A stretch of DNA of 64,000 bases from Orbicella franksi (lineage: Eukaryota), in the NCBI GenBank assembly GCA_964199315.1, contig OZ116709.1:2790001-2854000 (forward strand), read 5' to 3'. Below the pieces are notes generated by a model. That model ran no database searches. It saw nothing but the letters and a program-made list of their open reading frames with translations, and had not been told where the DNA came from. Positions 36,401 to 47,000 of this stretch are shown here, one piece after another; the first letter of the stretch is position 1, and each line of letters starts with the position of its first letter. Both the position numbers and the translations under genes were made by a program.

Positions 36401-39400
36401 CAATCACAACAAGCGCAAACAACGCAGTAAACCAATCAGGACTCGAGACAAAAACGTGCAACCAAAGCCAAGCGCGGGAAAACGGTCGTGCTTCTGATTG
36501 GTTGAAAAGAGTACTACGCTTAGAACTGGTTAGATGGAATAGGAAACTCGTTACACAATGAATCATGTGTTTACTTTGCCTACTGTCGAAAACCCCTAAC
36601 TGTGAGGGAAAATCGAAACGGCAGTGAAAAATCTCGCCAAATCGGCGAAAAATATATGTTGGAGAAAAAGCAGCGAGATCTTTCCGCGCCAGTTCCAAAC
36701 AGGTCTATTAGTGCTGGCGACCTCCTCGTTAATGTGGACAACAACCACCCTTTGAAGTCCCAAGGCTTTATTTGGTAAATGTATTAGGACAACATCTTCA
36801 TGCTGTCCAATTTGGAAATAATCAGCTTGCGAGCAGGCTCACCGTTGAGTCACAAGCGCAAGCGAAGCTCTGATCCGACGGGAGATAATATAATGAATTT
36901 ATAAATTTATCGGCGGGGTTCCGCTTTATTTTCATCTTTTGTGCAAAAATACACATTGTTCAAGCGCATCTTACCGACAGAAAGCAGATTAGGACTACGG
37001 CATATATTGCAGCTCAAAGACCTCAAAGCTCCCCAGCAATAGTACGCTTCGTTAATCGGTTATTATACAAGAGTGCAATTCCGATCATTGTTCTCATACA
37101 AGGAAATTTGATAAGTGAAAGTAACTGTTGACTTAGATAATGGATTATGGATGTCTGGTTGTCATGTAAAGTGCAACCGCATAACCGGAAACGAAGAAAG
37201 ATCGACTTGTCCTTTCAAATACATGCAACTGAGTTTCACTATCGGCATGGCTAATTCTGGACCACGCAGTCCTACACCAGACGACTTTGACTTGACCGCA
37301 ATACTAAAATCCGGTGTACCCGGAGGTTTTTGGCCGTCAGACGGTGTCGTGCTTGCTGTTGCTAGAGGGAAAGATGGAAAGATTGTGTCACGGAAGGTCT
37401 ACAAGAGCACGAGCACGCACGCTTACAAGAAATCTATCGAGGGGTTGGAGGAAAAGCCATTGCAGGGCGTAAAGGATTTATGCCTACTCAGCAACTTCTC
37501 ACCGTGTGGAGACTGTGCAGAAAAATTGTGCGAGTGGAGCGCGCAAAATGAGGGGGTGTGCGTGTCGATTCGCTTCGCTCATCTTCATAACATTCACGTC
37601 CGTGTGCACAAGGTCGCCGAGGATAACGCCCTAGGTTTGAGAAAGCTGGTGAAGGAAGGCGTTCAACTGAAGACTCTTTCAGATTACGACTGGCTGCAGC
37701 TGTTGATGATCGACCGGGGATTTGCCGCCAAGGATGAGTGGATCGCAAAGAGGAAGCAAGTGGACGAAAAAAATCAAAAGGATTTGGAGGAAATACTTCA
37801 GTCGACAAGCCTGGACGAGACACTGGAGAAGATGCGACTGTACTGAACAATTATTTAACATTTTAAGTTTCGAAACGGAACGTTAAAGTTAAACGAGTGA
37901 ACAATGAGTGTGAAAAGGAAATTTCCCAACCAAATGAACAGAAAAATTCAAATTTTAACTTATTGATTACGAACGCAGATGACCTCGGAGGACCTTATGC
38001 AGTGTGGAGAAGTATCATTTTCAGACTGGTGTTGAAAAACAAATTCAGTAGGAGTGGTAACGTCTAACGAGGTCAAGCGATGTTTAACCTCTTCCATTTG
38101 GAAGATTTTCATTCTCAATACTGAATCAAATTGAATTTAATAAAGTCTTTCTTAAAATTGAAATTCCCACATTCTGTGTTACGCTGGGATTTTTAAGAAC
38201 GGGCTGAAGTTAGGACAAAGCACCGCCTCTCCCATTGGAAAATCTGAACCCTATTTACAGACTTTATTACATGTCTGTAGATCCTGAATTTAAAGACTTG
38301 GTACTTTTCCTTGTTAAAAACAGAATGTTTGTAAATTTACTCTACACACACTTTAGTGTTTTTGTGGGTTTTTTTTACACACACTTTGTTTGTTTTACAC
38401 GCACTTTAGTGTTTTTGTGTTTTTTACACACGCTTTATAATTTGTTTGTTTAATTCTAACGCAAGGTTACGTCAATTAAGCACAAATTTGCGTTGACCCA
38501 ACTTTCTCCTTGTCGACTTTTCAAACAATTACAGGCATTAATCTTCCGGATACTACCACTTAAGAAATTGTTTGTTGAGCACGATTTGTACGAATCGAAC
38601 ACCTATCATAATTTTGCTCCATTTCAGTACTTTCGCAAAATTTGGCAGCACTCGGCCAGTACGTTCTTCCAGTACGTTCGAAATATGCTTATTTTATGAG
38701 TACAGAGATGGAAGGAAGTGCGCGCTCCTTTTCCGCAACATGGTGTAGTTGCTCCGGTCGAGGAACCCTGGATACTGAAGTTCGTCCTGTTCTGGCCCCT
38801 TAGTCTGGCGCTCTTTTTATACCAGTTGTTCAAAAGGTAAATATGTGCCGGATGTAAATCAGCACTTATCCACTGGATGGCGTTATCCAGCCTTTTAGAG
38901 AGCGAATTGCCTATTTTAGCAAATTTCTTTCCTGAAATTCTCCAAAAAAAAATGTCTAAATATCACAAAACATTTTCTAAATATCTCGAAACCCCCTCCT
39001 TATTATTGTGGCAAAAACTCGCCGATTTTGAATCTCTCTGGGCAAAATTTTAAAAGTTTTCTTGCACTATTTGACAAAACTTCAGGTTCAGTTGATTAAA
39101 AAGTATTGTAGTAGCACACCTGTTTGTTTAGAAGGTGGCCTGAAGAGTATGTGTATTACTGGAGGGGATGAGACTGCAGGTTGCTGAAAGCATTTCCCAC
39201 TTAGATAATCCTCAGCAGTTAGACAGCTCATAACCTGAGAGAAGACAACATGACATAGTCAGTACATGTGGTGGGACATGACAAAGAGGGTGGGAGGAGG
39301 TAAAGACATGGGGTATGGAAGTGATGTCTAAGGAAACTAAGGAAACTAAGGAAAAAGATGCCTCCATGTAGAATATTGCAGATTGACAGGGGTTTTCATT

Positions 39401-42400
39401 GACGTTTTTAGCAGGAAGGCAACTGGTTTTCATAGGCGGGCAAAATGTTTTGAACTGAACTTCTTTTTAGCAACACTTTCCTCTAGATGATCAGGTAGAC
39501 AAAATCATCCTGACAACCAGTCAATTTGCTCTGTGCCCGGATATTAGTGAAACCCCTGGATTGAAGAAAGTAAAGATCTCTTCAATAGAGACCTTGATTA
39601 GGGGGAAATTGATTCTGAAAACATCAACAGGATACCCAATTGTGACTAGTTATGCTGAAGTTTGGTATCCTAGAGAAGAAAGCACATATTTTGGGGTCAA
39701 TGTAAAACACTCCCAAGTCCCAAGTTTTTGCATCTTAGGATGATTAATAACAAAGGCCATAGCATAAAGTTTCTTCTCACCTCTATCTCTTTTCCACCAA
39801 TACAAAGCGTGTTCCCCTCCTGAAGAGATTCTAGTTCAGATGACTTGTAACCGGTACCTTTGGCAATCCTGAAAAATTCATATGTGACATATTATCTGTA
39901 CTTTCCACTCTCGTATCTTCATGAAAATGACTGACTATTTTCTTCCTTGTGCTAGAAAATGTGGCTCATAAGGAAGAGTCTTATTGTACAAGGCCCTTTG
40001 GTCCAAGAACACGTGGAATCTTGCTGCATGTGCTTAACAGAACAACTCCATGATAAATTACATTTAACTGCATTTAAATATCACTTGTAAGCATTGTGTC
40101 ACTAGTCCACTTACTCCTTTCCTTCCAGATCTTTCAAAGATGCAGTTCTCCCTTTTGTAATTAGTATACCTAAGTGTTGAATAAAATGATAAATAGCCCA
40201 GAAAAACTAAAACTGATCAGTGAGATCTGAGTCCATTGTTCGATTACTTTTCTCAAGGCCTTTTGAGAGGGTGTGATGGAGATGAGATCCTGATGGCAAT
40301 GACAATGCTAATGACAAAGAATGCATTGTAAGCAAAAACTGGATGCTACCAGCAATTACATTTTCGATTATATAGTTCAGTATGTCTAGATCCTCTGACA
40401 TTCTATATCTAAAATGAGGGCACTGGCCACTGGGTTTGAAGTTTTCCTTTCAAATTTTGACGAGTAGTTTAGCCACGCCTTGGACAAGCATCATTTTGCT
40501 TGCTTTATCTGTTTTATACTCATTTGACTTTAAGTCATCTCTGGATGAGAAAATCTTAACTCCCTTTTCTCTTCTACCCCCTGTTAATATTAAATACAAA
40601 ATTTCATTTTATCTCACAGCACCATATAATGCAAATTAATGTGCACAAAATATACTCACCATCTCCTTCCCACTTTTTATGCTAAAATGATAAAGAAAAC
40701 AACTTTTAATTAATGTTCCTCAGTGTAATTAAAGCAATTATTTACTGAGAACAATATGTAATGTTATGATTCTAATATTGATTTGTTACCTTTTTCTTTG
40801 ACATCTTTCCCCTGAAAAAAGAAAACCATTGTCAATGAATGTAACAATGAATGTCAATGGAGTCTTTCCTTGCAAAAACATGTATAATTCAATCAAAATG
40901 TTTAGAAGTTTCTGCACATTCTACATGAATTTCTGATCAGTAACTTACCAAACAACATTAAAATAGAGGTAAGTACTTTCCTTTCCATCAGAAATTGCTG
41001 AAAAAAATGACAAACTGCACTAAGAAACAAAAATAATAAGCACTTCAGTGATAACAAGGATGCAAGAGAAAACTTACCAGAAGGAACATTTTCTGTGGAA
41101 GAATGTTGAAGAGGGCATTTGAAAGGTTCTGACCTACTGGTCACTGGAGTGCGTGAAAGAGGTCTAAGGTTATTAACCTTTAATTTGTCCTCAGGTTTCA
41201 ATAAGTTTGCACAATTTGTTGGAATTGCACTATTTGTAGTGCCTTTAAAGTCATTTTCACTGGTGTAAGGACTTAGCATGGCTTGGTCAATCTCGGAAAC
41301 TTCACAACTGATTCTGTCACTGGGCATCTGAAAATTATATTCAAGGAAATACCTTGGTTACTGTACACACTACTGTAAGTAAACTGGGTTCCTCTCAAAT
41401 AACCTGTCAAACTTAATTACCACAAGAGTGAAAAATGTAATAAAGTAAATGACTGGACTGAAGGGAGTTTTCATTATGTGGAACAGGTACCTAGAGAATC
41501 CTGGGAAGAAGTTGACCCATATTTGGGTACAGACATTCACCAGACTCGGGTTATTTGAAAGGAGGACTAGTAACGCTATCCACCAGATAAATCACTATCC
41601 AGTGGATAGCGTGGCTTGTTTTGTTAACAGTTATCCATTGGATAGCAATTTGTTTGGTAGATAGCATTATCCTGACAGCCCTCAAACAAATGGGGCCAGG
41701 AGGAAGAACTGTCAAGCCTTTTATAATATGTTGAGTTATTATCACATTTTGATTGTTCTTGCAGTGCTTATGATCTGTAGTTCGTGTTGTCTGATCATCT
41801 GGGTGAGGGTAGTTCTGAAAAGAACTGTGGTTAATGAATGATGTTTCAACAACCTGAGTGGAAGTCATCTTCAGAGTAAAGTGAATAGTGTTAGTCGATT
41901 TCAGAACTATCCTCTCCCAGACAATCACCGGGACGATCACACAAGACGAACTGCTGATACTCCTGGTTTGTTCAAATTGTTTCCTATGTTACTTATGATC
42001 TATTGGAGGACAGATGCATGGACAATTTTTTTGTTTCTTTATTATTTGAAACAAGCAAATTCCATGTTGCCGTGCATCTATTCAGTGACAGATCATAGAA
42101 GATGTAAAAATGTGGTAAGTACATCAGTGACTCACTCACCTAATGAGTTGTGTTCCACTTTTTTGTTCTTACCACATTTTGATGACATCAGTGATCTATT
42201 ACTGAACAGATGCACGGCAGTATGGAATTTATTTGTTCATCTGATACTGTCTATAATCTATGTAGGGTTACACCATCTAGTCTAGAGCCATATTTCAGAC
42301 AAAAGACTGAGTGAAATTCAAAGACACTTTCTGAATGTCAAATATAGCACTGCAAGTGAATATACGAAAGATCATATATTTGAAGTGCGGAGAAAGATAT

Positions 42401-43322
42401 GAAGACATGATTGATCATCGCAGTTATACACAACTTGAGCAGTTGTGAAATTAAAGCCTGAAAAAAATTCAGGTCTGAACGGGATTCGAACGCATGACCT
42501 CTGCGATACATCAGTATTGCAGAGGTCATGGGTTCGAATCCCATTCAGGCCTGAATTTTTCTCAGGCTTTAATTTCACAACTGCTTAAGATGATCGGTCA
42601 TATCTTCAAATATAGCACTACTGGGCTCGAAAAAAGTGATGTCCAGTCGTCAAGGACAAGTACATTCTCCTTTTGGGCAAGTAACTTTTCACTCTCACTT
42701 GCCCCAAAGGCAAGGGATCAGGCAAGTCATCTGCCAACTAAATTGAAAAAAGAGCAAACTAGCCCAGGGCAGGCAAAATTTTAGAGCTACTTGTCCCAAG
42801 GGCAAGCTGGAATTCAAGTTTTTTTTCAAGTCCTGCCTTGGGGATATCAGTAAAAAATTTTTGTTTTCTCTTAAAAAAAACATTAAAATCAAACCTTTAG
42901 CTGACATGTTTCGCTACTATAACAAATGGACTGAGTTACTCGTTGAGTTAAGTTGAAAGAGCAATGTTTTCTCTTTTCTTCATGCACGTATCAGCTGTTT
43001 TTAAAACTACATGTAGTCTAAATCAGTGACTATTAATCTCGCAGGTCGCTTTTATATTCGTCCACAGAAGTCAAAAGGCAATCAAAAATTAGAAAGAACA
43101 AAATGTTACATTATTAACAGCGAAGTTATCAAAATTCAGCTGTGTTTTCGTTTATATGTAAGCTTGTGATGTTACCTGATTTGGATTTGATTGTTTGGCG
43201 AGCGAAACTGTTGTTGCACTCGTCGAGTTTCCTGTTGTATTTTCCTTGCTTCCAGCCAGAAACGGAGTGCAAAACTTCATTCTTTTGGCAGCTCTCACGG
43301 ATGGAGCCGCGGAACGCCGCAT
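24459..43322 (-). CDS. RAD54B: DNA repair and recombination protein RAD54B (SNF2 translocase), 28 exons
   Basis: Exons 43322-43176 (MRRSAAPS), 41327-41078, 40997-40949, 40811-40790, 40681-40660, 40169-40115, 39868-39781, 39234-39120, 36004-35874, 35172-35018, 34359-34312, 34030-33949, 33667-33587, 33275-33126, 32996-32940, 32710-32656, 32092-31986, 31629-31557, 31160-30937, 29729-29568, 29009-28883, 27528-27422, 27225-27160, 26811-26698, 26275-26201, 26042-25938, 25463-25389, 24551-24459. RAD54B-type VVWGKMSKKKHKKWEGD and GGKEIEVM, plus helicase motifs [57 protein letters not shown]. Confidence 0.95.
26513..26624. mobile_element. Short MITE-like element with perfect 13-bp TIR
   Basis: TAGTCTCTTACGC ... 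GCGTAAGAGACTA. Confidence 0.65.
28108..28266. mobile_element. MITE-like element with internal CAAGGGA repeats
   Basis: AGGGCCTCC ... GGAGGCCCT inverted ends; repeated caaggga(a/t/g) inside. Confidence 0.5.
30541..30840. repeat. Palindromic dispersed repeat (long hairpin 30553-30707)
   Basis: CCGTGTATTACACTG..GGGCATTTGAGAACAC..AATGTAGAAAACAC is inverted across a ~13-nt loop. Confidence 0.75.
34477..34554. repeat. Short inverted repeat in a RAD54B intron
   Basis: GCCAAAAGCGCGCGAAATAGC versus GCTATTTCGCGCGCGGTTTGGC. Confidence 0.6.
36073..36358. mobile_element. Harbinger-like MITE in RAD54B intron 8
   Basis: AGGTCGTCACACTATACGGGACATGTTGC is inverted to GCAACATGTTCCCTAGTGAATGTCGACCT. Confidence 0.55.
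37247..37846 (+). CDS. AID/APOBEC-like zinc-dependent deaminase-fold protein, intronless, catalytic Glu apparently replaced (HAY)
   Basis: 199 aa from MANSGPR; upstream in-frame ATGs at 37151 and 37223 are possible. H-A-Y at 37418-37426, [37 protein letters not shown] and a helical tail match the AID/APOBEC layout. AATAAA at 38139-38144. Lies antisense inside RAD54B intron 36005-39119. Confidence 0.85.
   Translation: MANSGPRSPTPDDFDLTAILKSGVPGGFWPSDGVVLAVARGKDGKIVSRKVYKSTSTHAYKKSIEGLEEKPLQGVKDLCLLSNFSPCGDCAEKLCEWSAQNEGVCVSIRFAHLHNIHVRVHKVAEDNALGLRKLVKEGVQLKTLSDYDWLQLLMIDRGFAAKDEWIAKRKQVDEKNQKDLEEILQSTSLDETLEKMRLY
38330..38440. repeat. Imperfect tandem repeat (TACACACACTTTAGTGTTTTTGTG-like)
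   Basis: About four degenerate units visible. Confidence 0.6.
38822..38900. mobile_element. Truncated copy of the CCAGTTGTTCAAA / TATCCACTGGAT MITE family
   Basis: Shares terminus and core with copies at 41540-41700 and 45881-46018. Confidence 0.55.
41540..41700. mobile_element. MITE, CAGGCCCGGTTGTTCGAAAGG family (degenerate)
   Basis: Similar along its length to 45881-46018; right end AACAAATGGGGCCAGG. Confidence 0.7.
41770..41975 (-). mobile_element. Penelope-like terminal-repeat fragment with decayed hammerhead-like core and partial inverted duplicate
   Basis: Minus strand CTGAAGA-TGACTTCCACTCAGGTTGTT-GAAACATC (41874-41840); TTCAGAACTACCCTCACCCAGATGATC occurs in both orientations. The family call is from recall. 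Confidence 0.5.
42050..42237. repeat. Palindromic dispersed repeat
   Basis: AATTCCATGTTGCCGTGCATCTATTCAGT..AAAATGTGGTAAG is inverted to CTTACCACATTTT..ACTGAACAGATGCACGGCAGTATGGAATT. Confidence 0.75.
42352..42605. repeat. tRNA-related fold-back repeat (arms ~76 bp, 42434-42589)
   Basis: Same GGGATTCGAAC..ATGACCTCTGCGATAC core as 3696-3761; flanked by TCAAATATAGCACT at 42338-42351 and 42606-42619. Confidence 0.8.
42620..42836. mobile_element. hAT-type MITE-like element
   Basis: CTGGGCTCGAAAAAA ... TTTTTTCAAGTCCTG inverted termini. Confidence 0.5.
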
Positions 43323-44006
43323 TGTATTAAATTATGATTAGATCTTTATGACATTCATGATTTTCATTTCACAAAAATAATTTGTCCTTCGCGCCACTGA
43401 GAGGCAGCCTCGGTTTGGTGTGGACTTCACCCCAACCCACCCCTGTAACTAATTTCACTTTTTGAAAGAAAATGGTGAAAATAAAAACAATATCAGAATT
43501 TAATTTATTTTTGATTGATTTTAACTAGTGATTATATTTAAGAAGCTTTCTTTAAGGTTAAAAATCCTGTTCGCTAGGTTTGCTTCTAATTTTTTGGCGC
43601 GCAATACTAAGGCACCGCGCCTCCTTTATGATGCGCTGAGCTATGCACCCATAATGCTCTAGGGTGGTGTGGTGGTCAAGCGCATATCAAAGCTGTTGTC
43701 GAGGCGGAATTTTTCGTGGGGCCTTTAGCAACAATTTCTCATATTTTTCAGCAACAAACTGTGAAATACGCCTTGAAAATCAAATGGAAATATCAGCAGG
43801 TTAACGATGGAGGAGGGTGTAAGTAAATTTCGGGTGGATGGCTTAGTTTAGCACATTAATTTTGTGATTGTAGTAAACGTTATTTCGGTTAGGAAAAACA
43901 ATATGGCGGCAAAATCGCGCATGCTCTGCCTCGTACGAAATTGACAGAAAATGTCATTTCCTCTCGCAGGATCATTTTGACGTCTCGCGTACGGGATAGA
44001 AATATT
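43323..44006. promoter_or_regulatory. Bidirectional promoter region between RAD54B and SRCAP/domino
   Basis: Divergent start codons 685 bp apart; locally more CpG; YY1-like AATATGGCGGC at 43900-43910. Transcription starts not determinable. Confidence 0.7.
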
Positions 44007-47000
44007 ATGTCAAACAAACACTTCACGGATGAAACTCCTCGAAGAAGAGTTCGCAGGACACCCTCTCACGACTCGGAAAGACATCACAGCAGCGATATTA
44101 AAGTAGCTAGACCACTGGACGTTACAGAAAATGTACCCACCTCACCATATTCCGAAAGGTCATTTCATTACATGGGACCTCATGGTGGTGGTACAGTTCC
44201 AAGTCCGACCCGATCTGTCCAACCTGTGAGCCCTCACAGAAACGTGAATTATCCTCACCATGCTTTCCAGAGAAGTTTTAGTCAACCTGTGGGATCCACT
44301 GGTGAACTCTCTCCACGATCACCCTTTCCTCATTCTGTTGTGTCACCTTCACATTATCAGTCTTCATCACCCATGTATGTTTCTCCAGCGCCTTCTCCTT
44401 CAGCTCCGCCTTCAACACCGTCATGTGCAACACCCAGTAGTGTTACCTATACCCTTTCTCGTGGACCAGGCTCAGTTAGCCCAAGAGGCTCTGGGTTAAA
44501 AACGCCAGAATTTTATCCCGGCTTACCTGACGGATCACAATTGAGTCCTGCAGATCCCAGTTTTCCAATGCCATATTCATCAGAACATTTTGCTAACCCA
44601 AGAGAACAGCAGTTTGTTTACAGCGGAGGAGGCCCTTCTCCTGGAGGTACAATTCATCATCTTGGATATAATACACCTCGTAGAACACCACCACTGCAAA
44701 GTCCCTCATTATTTCCAAATCAGTTATCACCTGGTGCAGTCACTTCTCGAAATCAGTCTGTATCAAGTCCTCAGGGTTCCATCAATCCTCATGCTGCTAC
44801 AAGTGTCAGTAGGACTCATGGAGTGCCAAGCAGAGCAGGTGATAAATCTGCTGGCTTGTCATCTGATTTTTCAGAAACTGCAAAATTACGACAGCTTGTT
44901 ATTGGATATTACAATGGAGAACTTGAAACATTAAAAGCTAATTTTCGGGAGAAGCTCCAGGAGCTCTATTTTCTTCAAACTGGAGGAAATATGATGGACT
45001 TCTTATTATGGAAGAAAAGACCAAGTCCCCAATTCCTTGCATTTCTCAATTCAAATCGACTAGATGACGCATCTGGAACAAATCCTACACTTTCAACAAT
45101 CACTGTCTCACCATCATCTAGGCTTCCTCAAAGCTTTATGTGGCCTCAACAACAGGCAGAATCAAGCACTGCTGGTACAGTCAACTATAATGCCTTGCAA
45201 AGGCAAGTTTATGAACAAGCTGGTCTTGATCCAAGGAAAACTGTGCCTGGCAATTTCAGTGCAAATCCTGGTTATAAATCGCAGTTGTCTGTTTCTGAAG
45301 GAATCGCACCTAATGTTTCCCCTTTTACTGGAAACCAGCCAATTCCCAGATCAAATGTGGTAAACACAGTTCCACCATTTTCACGATCAGTTTCTTTACC
45401 AAATCCTCCATTAGAGGCACATGTACCACCAGGACATGGTAGCAGTCATTTTGGGAGTGAGTCTGTAACAGCTCCACCAGTCCCTAATAATCACATGTCT
45501 GGTGTCAACACAGCACAGCCAGGAATGTCTAGTCCGACAATTTCTAATGGGCCTACTCCGCTTACTCATGGAGCAAGGACAACGTTGAACACTAGGGGTC
45601 AGTCCTTGTCAGCAGTAATTGAACATTCATTTAGCTCTCAGGAGGATATTGCTGTTGAAGCGAAAAAGGAGGCTGAGGTGCTCAAGAGAGTTGCTGAACT
45701 ACGTAAGGAGGGTATCTGGTCTTTGACTAGACTTCCTAAGGTTCAGGAAACAACGAGGTGCAAAGCTCATTGGGATTATCTACTTGAGGAAATGCACTGG
45801 CTAGCGACTGACTTTGCTCAAGAGAGAAGGTGGAAGAGAGGCATTTGTAAGAAGGTATGTTCAAAAAGGTAGTAAACCTTCAGGCCCGGTTGTTCGAAAG
45901 GTGGATAACGCTATCCAGTGAGCCTGGTTTGTTTTGTCAACACTAATGGTCTTATCCACTGGATGGCCATTCATCTGGTGGATGGTGTTATCCTGCCTTT
46001 GAACAACTGGGGCCAAGGGTTTAATTAAGTTTGGCAGACCTTTAAATACAGTAGATATCAACTGGGGCTGTGTGCCTGTAGATGTAAGAATTAATTATTC
46101 AATTTAAATGCATAAAAGACTTGATATCAGATTCTTTATCTTTTGCAATTTTACATGGAACATGGCTAATGAGAATACTATCACTATTGTAAAATCATTT
46201 GTAGATATCCAGAGCAGTCCTGAAGTACCACCAAGAACAGAAAAGCAAAGAGGTGAAGGCGGAAAAGGAAGAATCTGTTCGTCTTCGGAAAATTGCTGCA
46301 AGCATTGCAAAGGAAATCAAGCAATTCTGGTCTTCTGTTGAAAAGGTTGCTGTCCATAACTTGATGTTGTCTACATGTGTTCATTGTAAACTAGTGCTCA
46401 AATGACCAGCAGGTACTTCTTGGGGTCAAATAAATTGACCAGAAAACTCCAAATTCTCCAATACCTCCAAATTCTCAGAACTAATGTGTAAAATCCGTAA
46501 GGGAAATCCTTTTAGCTCAGCACTGATTGAAATTTTTGCCTTCCTTTTTGCTTTGTTTTCCTTGTTGATTTTATTTAAGAAATAGAAAACATGTGCCGTG
46601 TTTCTATCAAATTATAGAAAAGCAAATTATAACAACAGAGTGCATAATAGCAGGAGTCATTTCCAGTCAAACCTCTGTAGCTTTTGCCCAGGATCTGGAT
46701 TTTGTCTCAAATAGTGAGTGTCAGTAATAGCAGGGTGTCGGCAAGGGGAGAGTTTACTATAGTTGAATGATAAGACTGATAACAGAAAGAGGCACAACTT
46801 TTGTCTGAAACATATGATGGAGTCTGATATGTCTGATTTCACCCTCTATAGGTTGTTCAATACAAGGTTCAAAGCAGATTGGAAGAAAACCGGAAGAAAG
46901 CTCTAGACCTTCAGCTCAACTTTATAGTAGATCAGACAGAGAAGTATTCGTCGTGGTTGGCAGAGAGCCTTGCTGTTCCACCTTCTAGCGGCCCTGCCTC

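Noticed and set aside
36705-36775. Plus-strand AG/GT-bounded segment as an upstream exon of the deaminase
   Set aside because: No start codon context, no homology and no downstream acceptor I could support.
37488-37861. Minus-strand ORFs overlapping the deaminase
   Set aside because: Antisense shadows of a GC-rich coding region; no motifs.
38708-38837. Plus-strand exon-like segment encoding a hydrophobic peptide
   Set aside because: Its 3' end and apparent donor come from a MITE terminus (CCAGTTGTTCAAAAGGT); no partner exons.
41352-41402. 51-nt candidate extra RAD54B exon
   Set aside because: It would leave a 24-nt intron and mismatches the phase of exon 41327.
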